A DNA stretch of 64,000 bases from Nitrospirales bacterium (GTDB taxonomy: Bacteria; Nitrospirota; Nitrospiria; Nitrospirales; UBA8639), in contig CBDBCZ010000013.1 of NCBI GenBank assembly GCA_965203295.1, forward strand, positions 224,001 through 288,000, in the 5' to 3' direction. Positions 52,301 to 64,000 of the stretch are shown here, one piece after another (position 1 is the stretch's first letter; every line of letters starts with the position of its first letter). The notes beneath the pieces are model-generated. The model did no database searches and was not told where the DNA came from. It saw only the letters and a program-made list of their open reading frames with translations. The translations under genes were made by a program, and so were the position numbers.

Positions 52301-55300
52301 AATACTGTGGAAAAGGCAATCGATGAAAGCAGAGAGGAAGTGAGCCAGAGGTTAAATAGTTTGGACAGCTTTGAATATGGAGTCGAGGCAAGCAGTGTCA
52401 CTGCCTCCATCTGCTTGACACAAATGACAGAAAAGCAGCAAAAGGAGAAAATTTACAATGAAGTTGTATTGTCAAGACTGCATTCACTTGAGCATGTAAG
52501 TTTAGTACAATCTAGGCCTAATCACTCACCAAGTATAAAGTACAATAAATAAAAAGAGCTGTGGAGTTGTCACTCAAAGATCACAATGTATAAGCGTTAC
52601 CCCTCCGTAACCCCTCCTTCGTGCTAATTATCTCTTTTATTTACATACATCTCCTTTTCCCAAAAATCTCAATAATTGGGTAGTAGGCAGTCAACCTGTC
52701 TGTTTGATTGCATGCACATTTGTACTTCTTACAGAACAAGAAGGCCTGTCTGGATGTAGCTGTTCAATGCATGAATAGGGACACTGCAGCACCGGAAATA
52801 ATATGGAGCTCTTACTTTGAAGACTTTGCCCATTATAAGCTTCACTTGGAATTAAACCCGCAGACGAATCGTATTCTCGAAGTCTACATTGGGTCAATTG
52901 ATGAAATGGATTCACTCACTCGTTTAGTGTCACTCCATGTTCGCCTAGAAGTTGGTCAGTTGGATCTTGGGAAGCTCTCTAGAATATTGAGACCATTTTC
53001 TAGAGTGCTACAAGAAATGCAAACATTATCAGCAGATGCAGTGCGTCCATCAATCACTTCAATGGTGGACATTGAATCAGTCATTGAAAGGCCAACCTTA
53101 GGAGCATTCACAGTAAATATCTTGTTCACCACCATATCTTCACTACAAGAAGGTGATGATGACAAGATCTGCCAGTGGCACAGGAGCTACAATGATATTG
53201 TAAGAACCTATATCGTATAAGCTATGTGTTATATTTTTAGTACTGCTGATGTCTCTATATCATGCAGATGACAATGCCATCATTGGAAGGTGATATACTA
53301 AGCAACCTTAAGCCAGAAGCAGAAACCAAACTGAACATCATGCATGCCACCTACCTCGTGATGCAGAATTGTTTCGACTCAAAACTGGCATCACAACGAG
53401 GTTGTCAGTTCTTTAAACAACTACACTCAAAGTACTTCGGAGTTTTAAAGGTAAGAGCATCATTAACGTTCTGCGTACTGGAAAATACTATATTCAATAT
53501 CATAACTACAGGATACACCTGCTATTCCACGTTTGTGTGAAATACTGCATACAGGTCTGGGGACGTTGGAATCTCTTTCACCGGAGCAAGGCAGTAGAAG
53601 CTTCTGTCTACAATCCCTTATTGAAGGATTATTTGCATTCTTCTTCTCAAAACACCGGGTTACACTAGCTGAGGAAGATTGTCAATACTTCCTAGAATTT
53701 GCTAATCGTTTTTGCCAAGTCCCTGCTTGCCATGTTTCTGACCAGTTCCAGGACCAGTCCAGTCCTCTGTTCAACAGTACATCCATTAATGTATTCAAGT
53801 TATATCTATCAAGAATTCTAGGAGAATCAAGTCCACAGGTAATTATTACTATAGTATGAAAGTACATATCACTTCGTATGTTTTATGTAATCACTGCTGA
53901 TGTTTGATATGTACAGAAACAGTCAGAGCTCTTACTTCACGATCCCCAGGTCAGTTTGATGCCTCATTGATTTCTAGCACAATGGAAATCTAGTCTCAGA
54001 CTATGTTCATTTCATTTCAGAGACGTAGAATGGTGGGTAATGTGCTTGTGGCAAGTCCAGATCTTACTTCCCTTGGACCATACACCCCCACATTTTACCA
54101 GCATGGAGAAAGAGTAAGTCAGGAGTGGGGTAATGATGGGATTGTATATGTATCATTCTTCTGTAATTTTCTTCCACAGAATTCTCTAGTGCACCAGCCC
54201 TTGGCTCATATCTACTTCTTGACAGTATTAGAGCATCTACAGATGAAAGGCCACCGTCCTAATCACCTATGTAGACTTGCAGAAAATATTACCAAGGCAA
54301 GTAGATATTTACGTTGAAATCCTGTTAATGTTATATGAAGTCTGTAAAAAATCATGCAATGCAATGGCTGCATCAGCTCAAGTGAAAAAAGATTTGGTTA
54401 TCTAGTAACGGAAATATAGCAGTGGTACTTGTGCCCATCAATTAGCTCTACTGTGCCAAGTAATATCTGTTTATGACTTCAAGGCGTGTCTCTGTCACCC
54501 TTTTCTCACTATTGTGCTTTCTCGCCCATTGGCTAAAGGCCACCTAGAGCCAGGAATCTCTCTAATTCAGTACCTCTACAGAAGTGCACCCTATTGCCAC
54601 CTGGTTTTCCTTGGTCTTTGCTAATCTACTCTCTTGTTGGTACTCCCTGTCTCTTTGGCACCAGATCTCTCACTCTCTGTGGTTTTTAGTACCTCTCTCT
54701 GTCTTTATACTCCTTATAACGTTGGAACCTAGCCTTCCCTTCTGCTAAAGTTCTCCCTCTCATGCTGTTGATTAGCCATCACTGTCATGGTTTACTTTAT
54801 TCTAACAACATCTAGCAAGTTTGTAGCATAAATGCATGCTGGATGAGAGCTGTATGGACAGAAGCAAGTCCCCCCAAATCTGCTAGAGTAGGGATCACTT
54901 ACTAACCCCAATTATGATTTTAGTTCGTATTTTTACAAGAGTTACAACAGCTTAAAAGTGTTATTCATATATATAGTCAATCCATGTAAGGGATCTTCAT
55001 ATAATATTATAGGCAAAACCTATGGAGCACTCTATGTTACGTTCAATACCAGTTACTACACTACCTATGCCATAAATATAATATTCAAGGAACACTAGTA
55101 TAATGATGCACTGATTGCTCTATGCAGCGCCTGCAAGAAATGTCTACAGATCGGACAGCTGAAAAGGTACTGTGTTTTATTGAGAAACAAGCAGTTATTC
55201 AAGTTCTCATTCAGCAAGTGGCAGCACTGTTTGATCCCAAAGATCCCAAGAAAATACAGAATGTGAGTTTACTAACAAACATACTGCAAGTTTCAAAACA

Positions 55301-58300
55301 TGTACTGCTGATATATTTCCTGAAAAGTTGTTTGTTTGGTGATCGGCGACAACTCTGCCAAATTTACCAAATGAACTTTGACAATGTTTGGTTATGATGT
55401 CACACCTTGTAATGCTTCAAACTAACGAAAAAACGGCTATTTTCAGAGAGAAACCGTACGTACAAGGTACTTCCAGCCCTCCTTGAGGCAAGTCCACTGA
55501 AAAGCATACACCTAGCTTCGGAAACAGTGCATTGAAACTTGGACAGTAAGCCTTCGATAATTTTTTCAAAAATATGCCTGACAAAAGTGTTCCTTTGAGT
55601 AAAGTACCGCTGCCTAGGGATCCTCGACGCTACCATTCTATGTTACCACTCTTTATCATCTTCTACTGCAGTACTTCCCCCAATGATGGAGTCCTTGTAG
55701 TCTTGTCTATGGCAGACTGTGCTCAAATTTGATGCAGATCTGTCTGAGCGAATGCATGGATAACATAATAAAAATTGTGCTTCAAAATTGCATATCACCA
55801 AGCTATTTTGCCAAATGTAGTTCCCACCAAATTTTTCGACTATACGATAGGTTGTTATTGATAGTCACTAAGCTAATAGTTAATTGCATATAGTATATTG
55901 TCTTTCTATAATTACTTGCAATACCAAACGATAATATAATTCACAGCCAAGTCAATAAATGCCAATGATGTGGTCATTCACAGATTTGTAACGATTTTAG
56001 AGCCACAGAGCTGCTCAGTAGTCTATCAGTATTCTGTCTATTCCGCTAGTAAACATATTTGATTGTTACAGATTCTAGCCAATCAGATCACTATTACAGC
56101 AGTTCACTGTTACACTTTTTCACCAGTAGCAATAAGAAAAGTGTAATAGTGATGTGATTGACAAATAACTTTGAGATATCGAATATGTTGTGACAGTTAT
56201 TATTTCACTTTAGTATACAGCCAGTGAAAGTGGTGATTGTGTGCATAGATGTAGACTAACATAATTATCTTGTCATTTTTATGTTGTTGATAACCATTAA
56301 TTGTGGTAATCACGCCAGTTTTACTGATGTTCGTAATGTTGCTTCATTTCTCCAGCTGTTTTCTTCTAGTTTGATTCTTAAAGTTAATCCACTACTAAAC
56401 GATGAGTCTTTCGGTGGGAGCAGTAGCACTGTTAGTGGACATGGTCTGGTGCTAGCCTTACACCTTCAAAGACAGCTGAAGAGCTCCAAGAAGCTGATTG
56501 AGATGTTTATTGAAGAGGAAGATGTACCCGAGGGTACATCTAAGTCATCATCAGTTAGAACCATTGAGTGTACAAGAGGTTTACAATCACTTGTTAAGGT
56601 TAGCTCAAACGCATAACTTTGTTTAACGGTCTGTTTTGATGTGAAGGTCTGACATTCTTTGCAGAAGCAACTAAAGTCTAGAGCTCACCTGCTCCCATTT
56701 ATTGATGCTCAAGAGCCGACCAGCGAAATAGGTCGCCTCTACCAGCAAATTTTCCAAGTGATGTATAAAATCCGTAATAGTGAAGACAGTCAATTACAGA
56801 GCTCCGCTCAGGATCTAACTAAACTTGCACAAGACAGGTATGATCACTTTAAATGACTTAACGGTCTCATTATTTTGGTTATTTATTTATTAATTTACTT
56901 TACCTGCTGCAGTGGTCACAAAATGAAATTCGCTACAGTATCTGGCCATGAAATTGATATCAGCAGAAGGAATGCTTTCAGGATGTTGATCTGGCTTTGT
57001 GCATACTACAAATTCTTTCTCATCAAAGAGGTTATACACTTTCGTACTTGTGTCTGTTGCTTGTTCATCATTGTGTGATATTCCTTTAATCTTTCAGAAC
57101 CACTCTCAGAAGCTGGCCGATGAAATTTACAACAGTCTGAGAGGAACTCTTGAGCCTGAGTTCATTGGCCTACTACAGAGCTTCATCTGCCCCAAGAACA
57201 ACATGATCATAGCACCAGAATCCCCTCCGAATATGGATGAAAATGCTACAAAGTTTGAGCTTACTGATAGCCTACAAGTTTTGCCATTACAGACAGGAGG
57301 GAAAAAGAAGGATCCAATATTTGAGCTCTTTAACCCACCAGCGAACTCTAAGCAAGGTATATCTATACAGCCCTTGTAGCTTTGAAGTCAAACCTCATTA
57401 TGAAACTCTGTTTCAGATCCATCTGATGTTGAGCTGTGCCATGCAGTGGTTAATATGGTGGCTGTTGTGCTTGCTTGTGAACCCCGTTCCAACCACTTAT
57501 GGTATCACATGTTTGCTGCAGATGAACTTCTTGGCTCGTACATGACTGGATTCATGGTCAGAAATCCTTGACATGAACTGTTGTTACTGACATACAATCG
57601 ATTACCTATATTTCAGTCATTTTGATTACTACTAATTATATCCAAAGTACTCACTATGAGCAAGACTATCATACATTATGTATTTACATTCATGCCCTAA
57701 CACTCTTTCATTCTTCTTGCAAATTTTTGTTACACCTTACAGTATGAAGGTAAAATTACTGAGGGACGTCTGTATGATTGTGGAGTGGAATTGTCTACTG
57801 ATGGCACATACGGTAGACCAGATTATCTACCTCATGCTACCCGAGGCACCCTCAGTCTCCACTCCCTCTATTTCATCCTGTGGGCCAACTTTGGCAGCTT
57901 TTGCATGGCCTTACTGACACAGCCGGATGCCCAGCAAAGAATTAGTGGCCCTGTGATCTCAAAATGGCAAGCTATTCGCCACTATTGTGTCGTGCAACTT
58001 CGCAGTGTGTGGCTACACATGGGCAACAAGCTGAAAATTTCACCTGAAGAGCAGTCCTTCCTAACATTGCGATGCATGCACAATCTCCTTGAGGTAAGAC
58101 TGTAATGTATATAGGTTTAATTACATTTCAATTACATTTGAAACCTTTTTTCTTCCCAATGGAATGAATATAACATAATGAACAATCATTTCCTTATTTC
58201 AGATTTGTATCAGGCATCCTCAGCGTCGTAGTGTATTTAGTGAGCTTTCAGAACTGGACAATTATGAAATGATGTGGCATGCTGACATTTTCACTCCTGG

Positions 58301-61300
58301 CTACGCTGATATCCACACAAAGGTATTTTGTGTAGCTACATTACTTTTATGATAAATATAAACTTATTTATTGCATTTTGTAATAGTTCGCTGAGCACTG
58401 TCAACTCTGGGAAAATAACGCCTTGCTGAAGGAAATGAGGTACGTACGATGAATCTTTGTTTTTGAAATAGCATGACCTCTATTCAGTAATTCAATTATG
58501 TCCACGTAGCGAACTAGAGGTTCACTACCCCCACTTCCCCACACTGGATGAGTGTTTTCAAACCATGCTATCATCGGCAAATATCAGTGATACAAAAAAT
58601 CAGCTATTTGTTCTTTCAAAGTTTGCTCTGGAGTATCCCCGCTTGGAGGCTGCAGGGGCCCTGCTGCCAGAGCTGTTGGAGTTCTACCGATGGATTCATA
58701 TTGAACTGGCATATCGTGTGACTTTTAAGTATGCAGAAAACCATACCATCCAGGATGTAATTGAAAAGGCAGATGACGAATACAAAAGGCGTGATATGAA
58801 AGAAACGAAAGGATTTGAGCTCCCACAACTGTATGAGAAAGTGAAAGGTAATTTTTATTCCTTTAAATATAATGTTACTTCCATGTGCTTACTGTTAATC
58901 ATTCCACTATTGAATCAGCTGGCTACAACCGGTATGTGGAGGTGGTTGGTAGCTCTATTGGTGCTGGTGCCTGTGCAAACATCAAAAGGGAAGGTAGATT
59001 GTATTGCATCAAAGATGATACAAAATTCCTTCACTTTCTCTCGGATACTGAGAATGAAGGTGAAGGTAATGGTGACTGGCTATACATCGTCATCAATGAT
59101 ATGGTATGTTACACATTGCTGTATACATGCTATCATACTAGTGTAATAGTTAACCATATTGATGTTCTCTCATCCCTAACTTGGCCTAGATTACCTTCCA
59201 CAATAGCTTTCTTCAGAGCATTTTCGATGCAGTTACATCTCCTAATGGAACTTACTTGAGGCCGTACTTTCCCGAAAATCTGGACAGTCGCATTTATCCA
59301 AATGAAATAAATGAGCAAAACATGATCATAGGGCAAGTGCAAAGGTGAGTAGTGGCTATACTGCACATCTTCCTCAGCTATAGCTAATACTTTGTATGAT
59401 ATTACCCTGCTAGAACCCATGGTATAGAGGAGCAGCTGCAGCTGGTTCGTAGCCGACACCTGCAAACGATTGATGGACAGACTCAGGATCCAAAACTGTT
59501 GTTTGACCTACCGAGATTGCAGAAAGATATTATCAGAGCCTACCTGGCTGGGAAGCCTCAGATTGAACATTCCCCTGAACATGTTCGAATACCGTTTAAA
59601 TTCAGAGCAGAAGCATCCCAAACCGTATCGTTGGGTGGAGCTGACCTCGACCTTTCTGTAATTTCAGATTATATCACACCAGAATCTGGATTTAGAGTAA
59701 GAAACACAATTATGTTATTGCATAGTAGTATATTGAAGTGCACAAGAGTACAATAGATGTGTGGACTTTCTTTCCTTCTAGGTCATGCTTGACAGAGAAC
59801 ACATTAAAGCTTTTGAGTGTGAATTTCACTCAGCTGACTACAATAGACTGGTTGAGGTAGTGACAGGCTTGAGGAATGCAACTGAGCACCTGATCAAGGT
59901 ACACACTGCACCTCACTGCAATGTGTAGCTATCTATAGGGGTAAGTGATATATGATACTGTTCCACCTTTTTAGAGTATCAATCTTGAAGATGAACACAT
60001 CAGTATGGAACAACTCAAACAGATTAAATTGCCTGACTATTTGCTTCATGTTTTCAACTGCAAGCAATCAAAGAGAGAAGAAATTATAGAGGAGATTGGA
60101 ATAAAGAGGTCAGCTCAGATCTAAATGTGTACATGTACACACTTTTATTACTTTCTGCGTATTTTCTTCGTAGCCTCTCCCAAACCCAGCTCTCCTGCAT
60201 AGTCTCATTGGAGCTCCCCTATCTCTACTGCACTCTTGAGCTGTTTGTTCAGTGGATAAATGAAGGAGTGTATGACTTCCATGATCTGCCTTTGCGCATG
60301 AAGAAACACTTGGAACCTGCAGATGAAGAAACTTTAGACAAATTACCGGCAGAGTACACAGGTACATAACCAAAACATTCTTGTATGGTTAAGAAATTAA
60401 TTCTGGCCGTTGCTACGCAGATCCTAATGTGCTACTTCAAGATCTTCAATCCCTCACTGATGTTTTGGTGCACTCACAGTCAGACTTGAGGAAACACATT
60501 GATGAGAATTTGAAGGTAGATCATAATCTGGTACATGCTGTGTGTGCACATGTGACTATACTAGCTGCTTGCTTATTGCCTTAGAAACCAATCATCATTT
60601 ACTTGAGGGAACTGTCTTTGTTTGGTGAAGAACAGTTGGCCAAGTTGATTCCAGAGTCAGTCCTTTGCCAGCACTATGTAGCACTTCGAATAACTCTCAG
60701 AAGGTATACGGTGCAGTCTGTGAATGTGTGTAGGATGCAGTCTAGGTATGTGTATGGTGCAGTCTACACTACAGTAGTTGTTTACTTTTCCGCCATGCAG
60801 ACAAGTTTCTCAAGTGCAGAGTTTGATATCTGCCAGGATTAATGAGGGTGTACAAGCTGTGAAATGGGTGGAGTTTGTCCAGGACCTGTGGACTGAAGAG
60901 AAGCTGAAGCACCTCAGGGATTTCGCTATGCCAGGCTATGATGACAATGTATTTCAGTTTGACCCCTCAACACAGCTTTATGGCTTCCAAGAAGGAATAG
61001 ATACAGAAGAGGAGGCCTTTCTGTTCACTCACACTGAACATCCGGAAGAAGATAGCGAAAGCCCAGTGGCTTCTGCAGAGGAAACACCACAGCCTGCTTC
61101 TAATGTGGGGCGGCACATAGTTGCTGCAGCACCACCAAGTACGTTCCTGTGTCAGATTAGATCATTAAAACCACTCTGTAAGGTGAATGCATTGTGGGGC
61201 AAGAATAACAACCGATTGCAGTGTGGTTTGTTAACGGTCTATAGAACTATCCTAGCTCTAGCCCTCCCCTTCGTGTAACACAGCATGAAGACAGGGCAGC

Positions 61301-62002
61301 TATCCTCTGTAGGCTTATCTTTGCAAGCACTGATCTCCCTCTTCTGTGATAGTCTCTCCCATAGCAGCCCAATCCGATCTGTGCAGGTATATGCAATGCC
61401 AACATGTGGCTGAGTAAGAGTTTTGATTGTTCAATTGGATAATGGACTGGTAATGAGGTACTTTAAACTGAGAACGTTGCATTGGATCATGGATGCAAAA
61501 TATATATGCAGTATGTGGACTGTATATATACACCAATCAAGCGAATATAGTGGTGTGGACTCGCTCAAACTCACCTAACTTAATAATTATGTAAAATACG
61601 TATTAACATTTAAATACATGTACCTAAATGTGTTATAAAGTTGATGACTTGCTGTTGAATGCACGGTTTAATAATATTTTCCAATGCATAGCAGCCAAAC
61701 AGAATTTATGATAAGAAATCTTACTAATTAATGTGTTATATTCATATCGTCTTCTAGTAACCGAAAAGGAGACCCTTGATACAGTGGCTGCAAGTCTCAG
61801 CATTGATGATGTAGCAGAGTTTTTGAGGAAATGGAAGCTGCAGAAATATGAAGAAGATTTCCGTGAAAATGATATGGATGGAGCCCTCCTGCTAAGTTTG
61901 AATGAGGACGATTTGGAAGATGTGGGGGTTACTAAGGGGTTTGACCGTCGGAAAATATTAAGCAAGTTCAAGCAACACTTACAGGAACTAGCAAAACCTT
62001 GA
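28330..62002 (+). CDS. RNF213: RNF213/mysterin-like giant AAA+ ATPase, copy B (start exon unresolved), with ankyrin cassette and C-terminal SAM domain
   Basis: Phase-consistent exon chain: 28330-28511, 29727-29845, 29918-30034, 33933-34093 ... 38670-40121 ... 41099-41203, 41403-41504, 42268-42369 ... 57743-58093 ... 61758-62002 (TGA). Walker A motifs LVYGLP/GNGKTHY (split by an intron), GETGVGKT and GDPGSSKT; Walker B motifs YLDEINT and FMDEAG; SNHVLDAAKTNRA; PAPFLNRFEKY. Colinear with copy A and shares its intron positions. A short upstream exon at about 23485-23518 (VVYTYLRAVIL-G) fits the phase but is unproven. Confidence 0.88.
29053..29510 (+). pseudogene. HIRAN-like domain remnant behind a ta-ccgtatagcg end
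   Basis: About 29287-29500 reads ARLKNSCMKGHHVF*SESIPGDTFSCVGEPGNPHSPDALIVKLCNSSNVGHVPDLLARVL, matching the HIRAN pattern G.H.....G..L....EP.N..D..A..V......VGHVP..L. Confidence 0.55.
30912..30949. repeat. Dispersed repeat end shared with 62381-62418
   Basis: ctactgttccgttccgttccgagttttagttaccgccc versus ctactgttccgttccattccaggttttagtaactgccc. Confidence 0.6.
31700..32727. repeat. 197-bp essentially perfect inverted repeat enclosing a C/A-rich spacer
   Basis: 31700-31896 is the reverse complement of 32531-32727; the ORF track shows the same peptide (WWVWLERCRDGSYVVNALHCD...FWGSVFW) on both strands. Confidence 0.9.
32737..33365. mobile_element. Non-autonomous pogo-like element with convergent transposase and HIRAN-like remnants
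   Basis: TA-flanked TIRs ccgtagatcgggaaattttc / gaaaattttccgatctacgg. Plus strand VVRYLKPVSCVPDPRGSLS~SQAIVEANKQV...KRGPYTKYS; minus strand MESFRKKSCVRGYHIYRELWEAAIGEDLACQRECGNATDAYA. Confidence 0.8.
33754..33814. repeat. Minimal palindromic tagtctcg...cgagacta element
   Basis: tagtctcgcgagccagc...gctggttcgcgagacta; the TSD is degenerate. Confidence 0.55.
35468..36216 (+). mobile_element. Helentron/HINE (DINE-1-like) non-autonomous element
   Basis: T-run followed by accagccgga with an adjacent partial inverted repeat cggctggt, a GTCT/GTTT microsatellite at 35865-35890, and the matching subterminal tccggctggt followed by a T-run at 36201-36216. Confidence 0.5.
35527..35855. mobile_element. 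AcademH-like MITE nested in the HINE-like element
   Basis: About 50-bp TIRs tagtctcacgtgaccagactctcgaccggaaggttagagtctggcaaaat / reverse complement; perfect 9-bp TSD tttccgcgt (35518-35526, 35856-35864). Confidence 0.8.
41099..42369 (+). other. Three ankyrin-repeat exons within copy B
   Basis: 41099-41203 KTEGITQLMLACLHGGLQHVQVLLKAGTDVNQHSK; 41403-41504 ERHFTALMVAAQSGHTKIVQKLLDHGANTSARNK; 42268-42369 DGYTALDFATAEDHVEVQELLKDQ.... All match the ankyrin pattern G.TAL..A...G....V..LL..GA and all are phase 0-0. Confidence 0.85.
41674..42208. mobile_element. Probable MITE with cagggtt...aaccctg ends and poly-C/G tracts
   Basis: Short inverted ends and a long poly-C run at 41706-41730; no TSD found. 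Confidence 0.4.
50341..50927 (-). mobile_element. Non-autonomous pogo-like element in a copy B intron
   Basis: TA-flanked TIRs ccgtatagcgggaaattttcgccaggg / ccctggcgaaaatttcccgctatacgg; remnant MALLRYLQVLPRGQIPDPVGALSSSLPSSAIKEAN...KRGPCMKLS. The homologous intron in copy A (about 5229-5292) is only about 64 bp. Confidence 0.85.
55300..55849 (-). mobile_element. Degenerate pogo-like element with HIRAN-associated remnant
   Basis: Eroded right end ccaaatttttcgactatacgata; minus strand encodes SVDLPQGGLEVPCTYGF (about 55450-55500), a motif I recognise from the C-terminal part of invertebrate HIRAN-like ORFs. Left boundary approximate. Confidence 0.45.
61758..62002 (+). other. SAM domain, terminal exon of copy B
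   Basis: IDDVAEFLRKWKLQKYEEDFRENDMDGALLLSLNEDDLEDVGVTKGFDRRKILSKF; phase-1 acceptor at 61757, as in copy A. Confidence 0.85.
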
Positions 62003-63145
62003 AAAACTTCTTATACAGCTATGTAGTTACTTTTTAGTATGCACCCTAGACTCCTCAACCCTTACACAATTTTTTTGCTGATGTGCAATACCCAAATACA
62101 TTGTTTGTACTCATAGTTTCCTGTCTGATGTACTTAGCTACTTTCTGTAGGAAAATATACACAATTGCATGCTTGTATGTACTATTAGGTTATTTACTTA
62201 TATCCTATTATGCCTTGTTCCTCGCCACCTGTTTGCACATTGTACCATAGCGTAGTTGTGCTGTTTGTTTTTACATTGTCTTGTTGAGCTACTATGGGAG
62301 AGAGATCCACATTGTATACGTATACTGTGATTTTACTGTAGAATACATTATATGAATGGGACTTTATGTGCACCACCATGCTACTGTTCCGTTCCATTCC
62401 AGGTTTTAGTAACTGCCCACTGCACACCTCCACAGGACCAGGTGACATCTTGACTTCTAAAGCAGCATAAGTAATGCACATGCAAAATTATACTCCTCTC
62501 ATAGCACAAGCATGATGGCTAATTGTCATTAATTTTGTGTAAATCCAACGGGGTCAGAGTACGATAACATTGATTGTCCTCCTCTGGCCAGCCTCCATCA
62601 CAACTTTTAAGCTAGCTGTACCATCCAGTGATTCATCACTCCCCTGTACTGTACAGGCTAATGAATGGTTAATCAATTATAATTTAACTTTGTTTATAAA
62701 TACTAATCAGCATGCTAATATCGATCTGTACCTCACCCTGAGATTCTTCACAGTTTTCTGCTAGAGCCGCTAATGATGCATGCTAGCTGGTGGAAGTTCT
62801 GAAGTACCTGCAGGAGACAAGGTTACGTTTGTAGAAAGACCAGTGTTCTGTGTAAGACAGAAAGAGAGAACATGGCTAGACCATAAATGGAGCTTAAAGG
62901 GTAAATGCTGTGCTCACACTGCCAGGCTAGATTGTAAAAAATTCTGTATTGATTATGGGTTTAATTAAAGTGCTAATTACGTGACGGTATTATTGCACGT
63001 AATCGCTCCGCGCTATCAGATATTATCACTTCACTTGACCGAGGCCTACATGTATACAAATTAATGTAATGGATAATTCTAAGGGGTTGGAAGATCCCCT
63101 GAACAAAGGAGTTGGAAATAAAGACTTGTAGCTCACTTGCAACCG

Positions 63146-63237
63146 TCCTCCCTCCCTACCTCCCTCCCTCCCACCCTCCCTCCCTCCCTCCCTCCCTCCC
63201 TCCCTCCCTCCCTCCCTCCCTCCCTCCCTCCCTCCCT
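63146..63237. repeat. (CCTC)n microsatellite
   Basis: Direct tandem tetranucleotide run with few interruptions. Confidence 0.95.
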
Positions 63238-64000
63238 CTTTCAATGGTGGCAGCTGAAGTGGTAGCTCATTTCCTGCCCAAGTATAATAGTGCATGCGTT
63301 TTCACAAAGGTCATGAAATATACTTGAGTCGTTAAAACCTGCAACTCCAATAACCAAGAATACACATACGTATCAGTGAAAGGTTTGTTTTAAACCCACC
63401 TACATGTAAGGTTAACGTTATATCTCAGTTGCAGCTGCACTAAACTATGCAGTTTTTACTGCAGGAAGCCAAATTACATGATGGGAATTTAAATCAAATA
63501 CACACAATATACAAGTGATAGCACTAGCAGCTGAATCCGGCTTGGAATGTTCCGATAGGAGAGCTGCATAATAATTGGTACCAAATACCTGACGGTTAGC
63601 TATCATTGCAAAAAAAGGAGTGTTGTTTCAGCCATGATAATAAGTTGCCTCAGCCGTATAGCTCTGTAGGCTGGTAAACGCTGGCCTAATATTGTCACAG
63701 TGGCTATTATCTGCAACTTTAGTTTATTATTCAGATACCTTATACATGTATATACAAGGATCATGTTACACTCAACCAATATTCATGGATCATTAGACTG
63801 CACTTCGGCTGATATTGATTGTGCTTTAGGGTTGAACTCTAGTGGGAGGTGGACCAAGGCATGCAAGGGAGACTACTCAACTTAGCCACCAAAAATATTG
63901 CATAAGTAATGCCTTTGCAACTGAGATAACCCTAGCTCTTTCATTTTTGCAGTGCATATATAGGTCTACTATAATAATAAACTCCAAACAGAACTTAAAC

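Noticed and set aside
61284..61386. Extra linker exon before the SAM exon of copy B
   Set aside because: Several acceptor/donor choices are possible, but direct splicing 61138 to 61758 already keeps the frame; it cannot be resolved without transcripts.
63026..63327. GGRE-repeat and PPSL-repeat ORFs
   Set aside because: Translations of the (CCTC)n microsatellite.
1..64000. Prokaryotic operon or defence system (for example a MoxR/McrB-type AAA cluster)
   Set aside because: The ORF fragments are exons joined by phase-consistent spliceosomal introns whose positions are shared by both paralogs.

Overview
Eukaryotic (animal) genomic DNA with many short GT-AG introns; the repeat landscape looks demosponge-like, which is an inference. 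The window holds two tandem, same-strand, multi-exon paralogs of the giant RNF213/mysterin-like AAA+ ATPase family. Copy A (<1-15986) is 5'-truncated by the window edge. Copy B runs from at least 28330 to 62002 and its first exon is unresolved. Both end in a SAM-domain exon, and neither shows a recognisable RING or canonical RZ finger. Copy B carries three phase-0 ankyrin-repeat exons just upstream of the ATPase ring. The intergenic region and larger introns contain non-autonomous DNA transposons: pogo/Tc1-mariner-like TA-flanked elements (some with HIRAN-like cargo), an IS3EU-like integrase element nested in one of them with a 6-bp TSD, Academ(H)-like MITEs with 9-bp TSDs, a Helentron/HINE-like element, and a cluster of long hairpins resembling Crypton-type ends. 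No rRNA, tRNA or CRISPR array was found. All calls come from reading the sequence by eye; no database searches were run.
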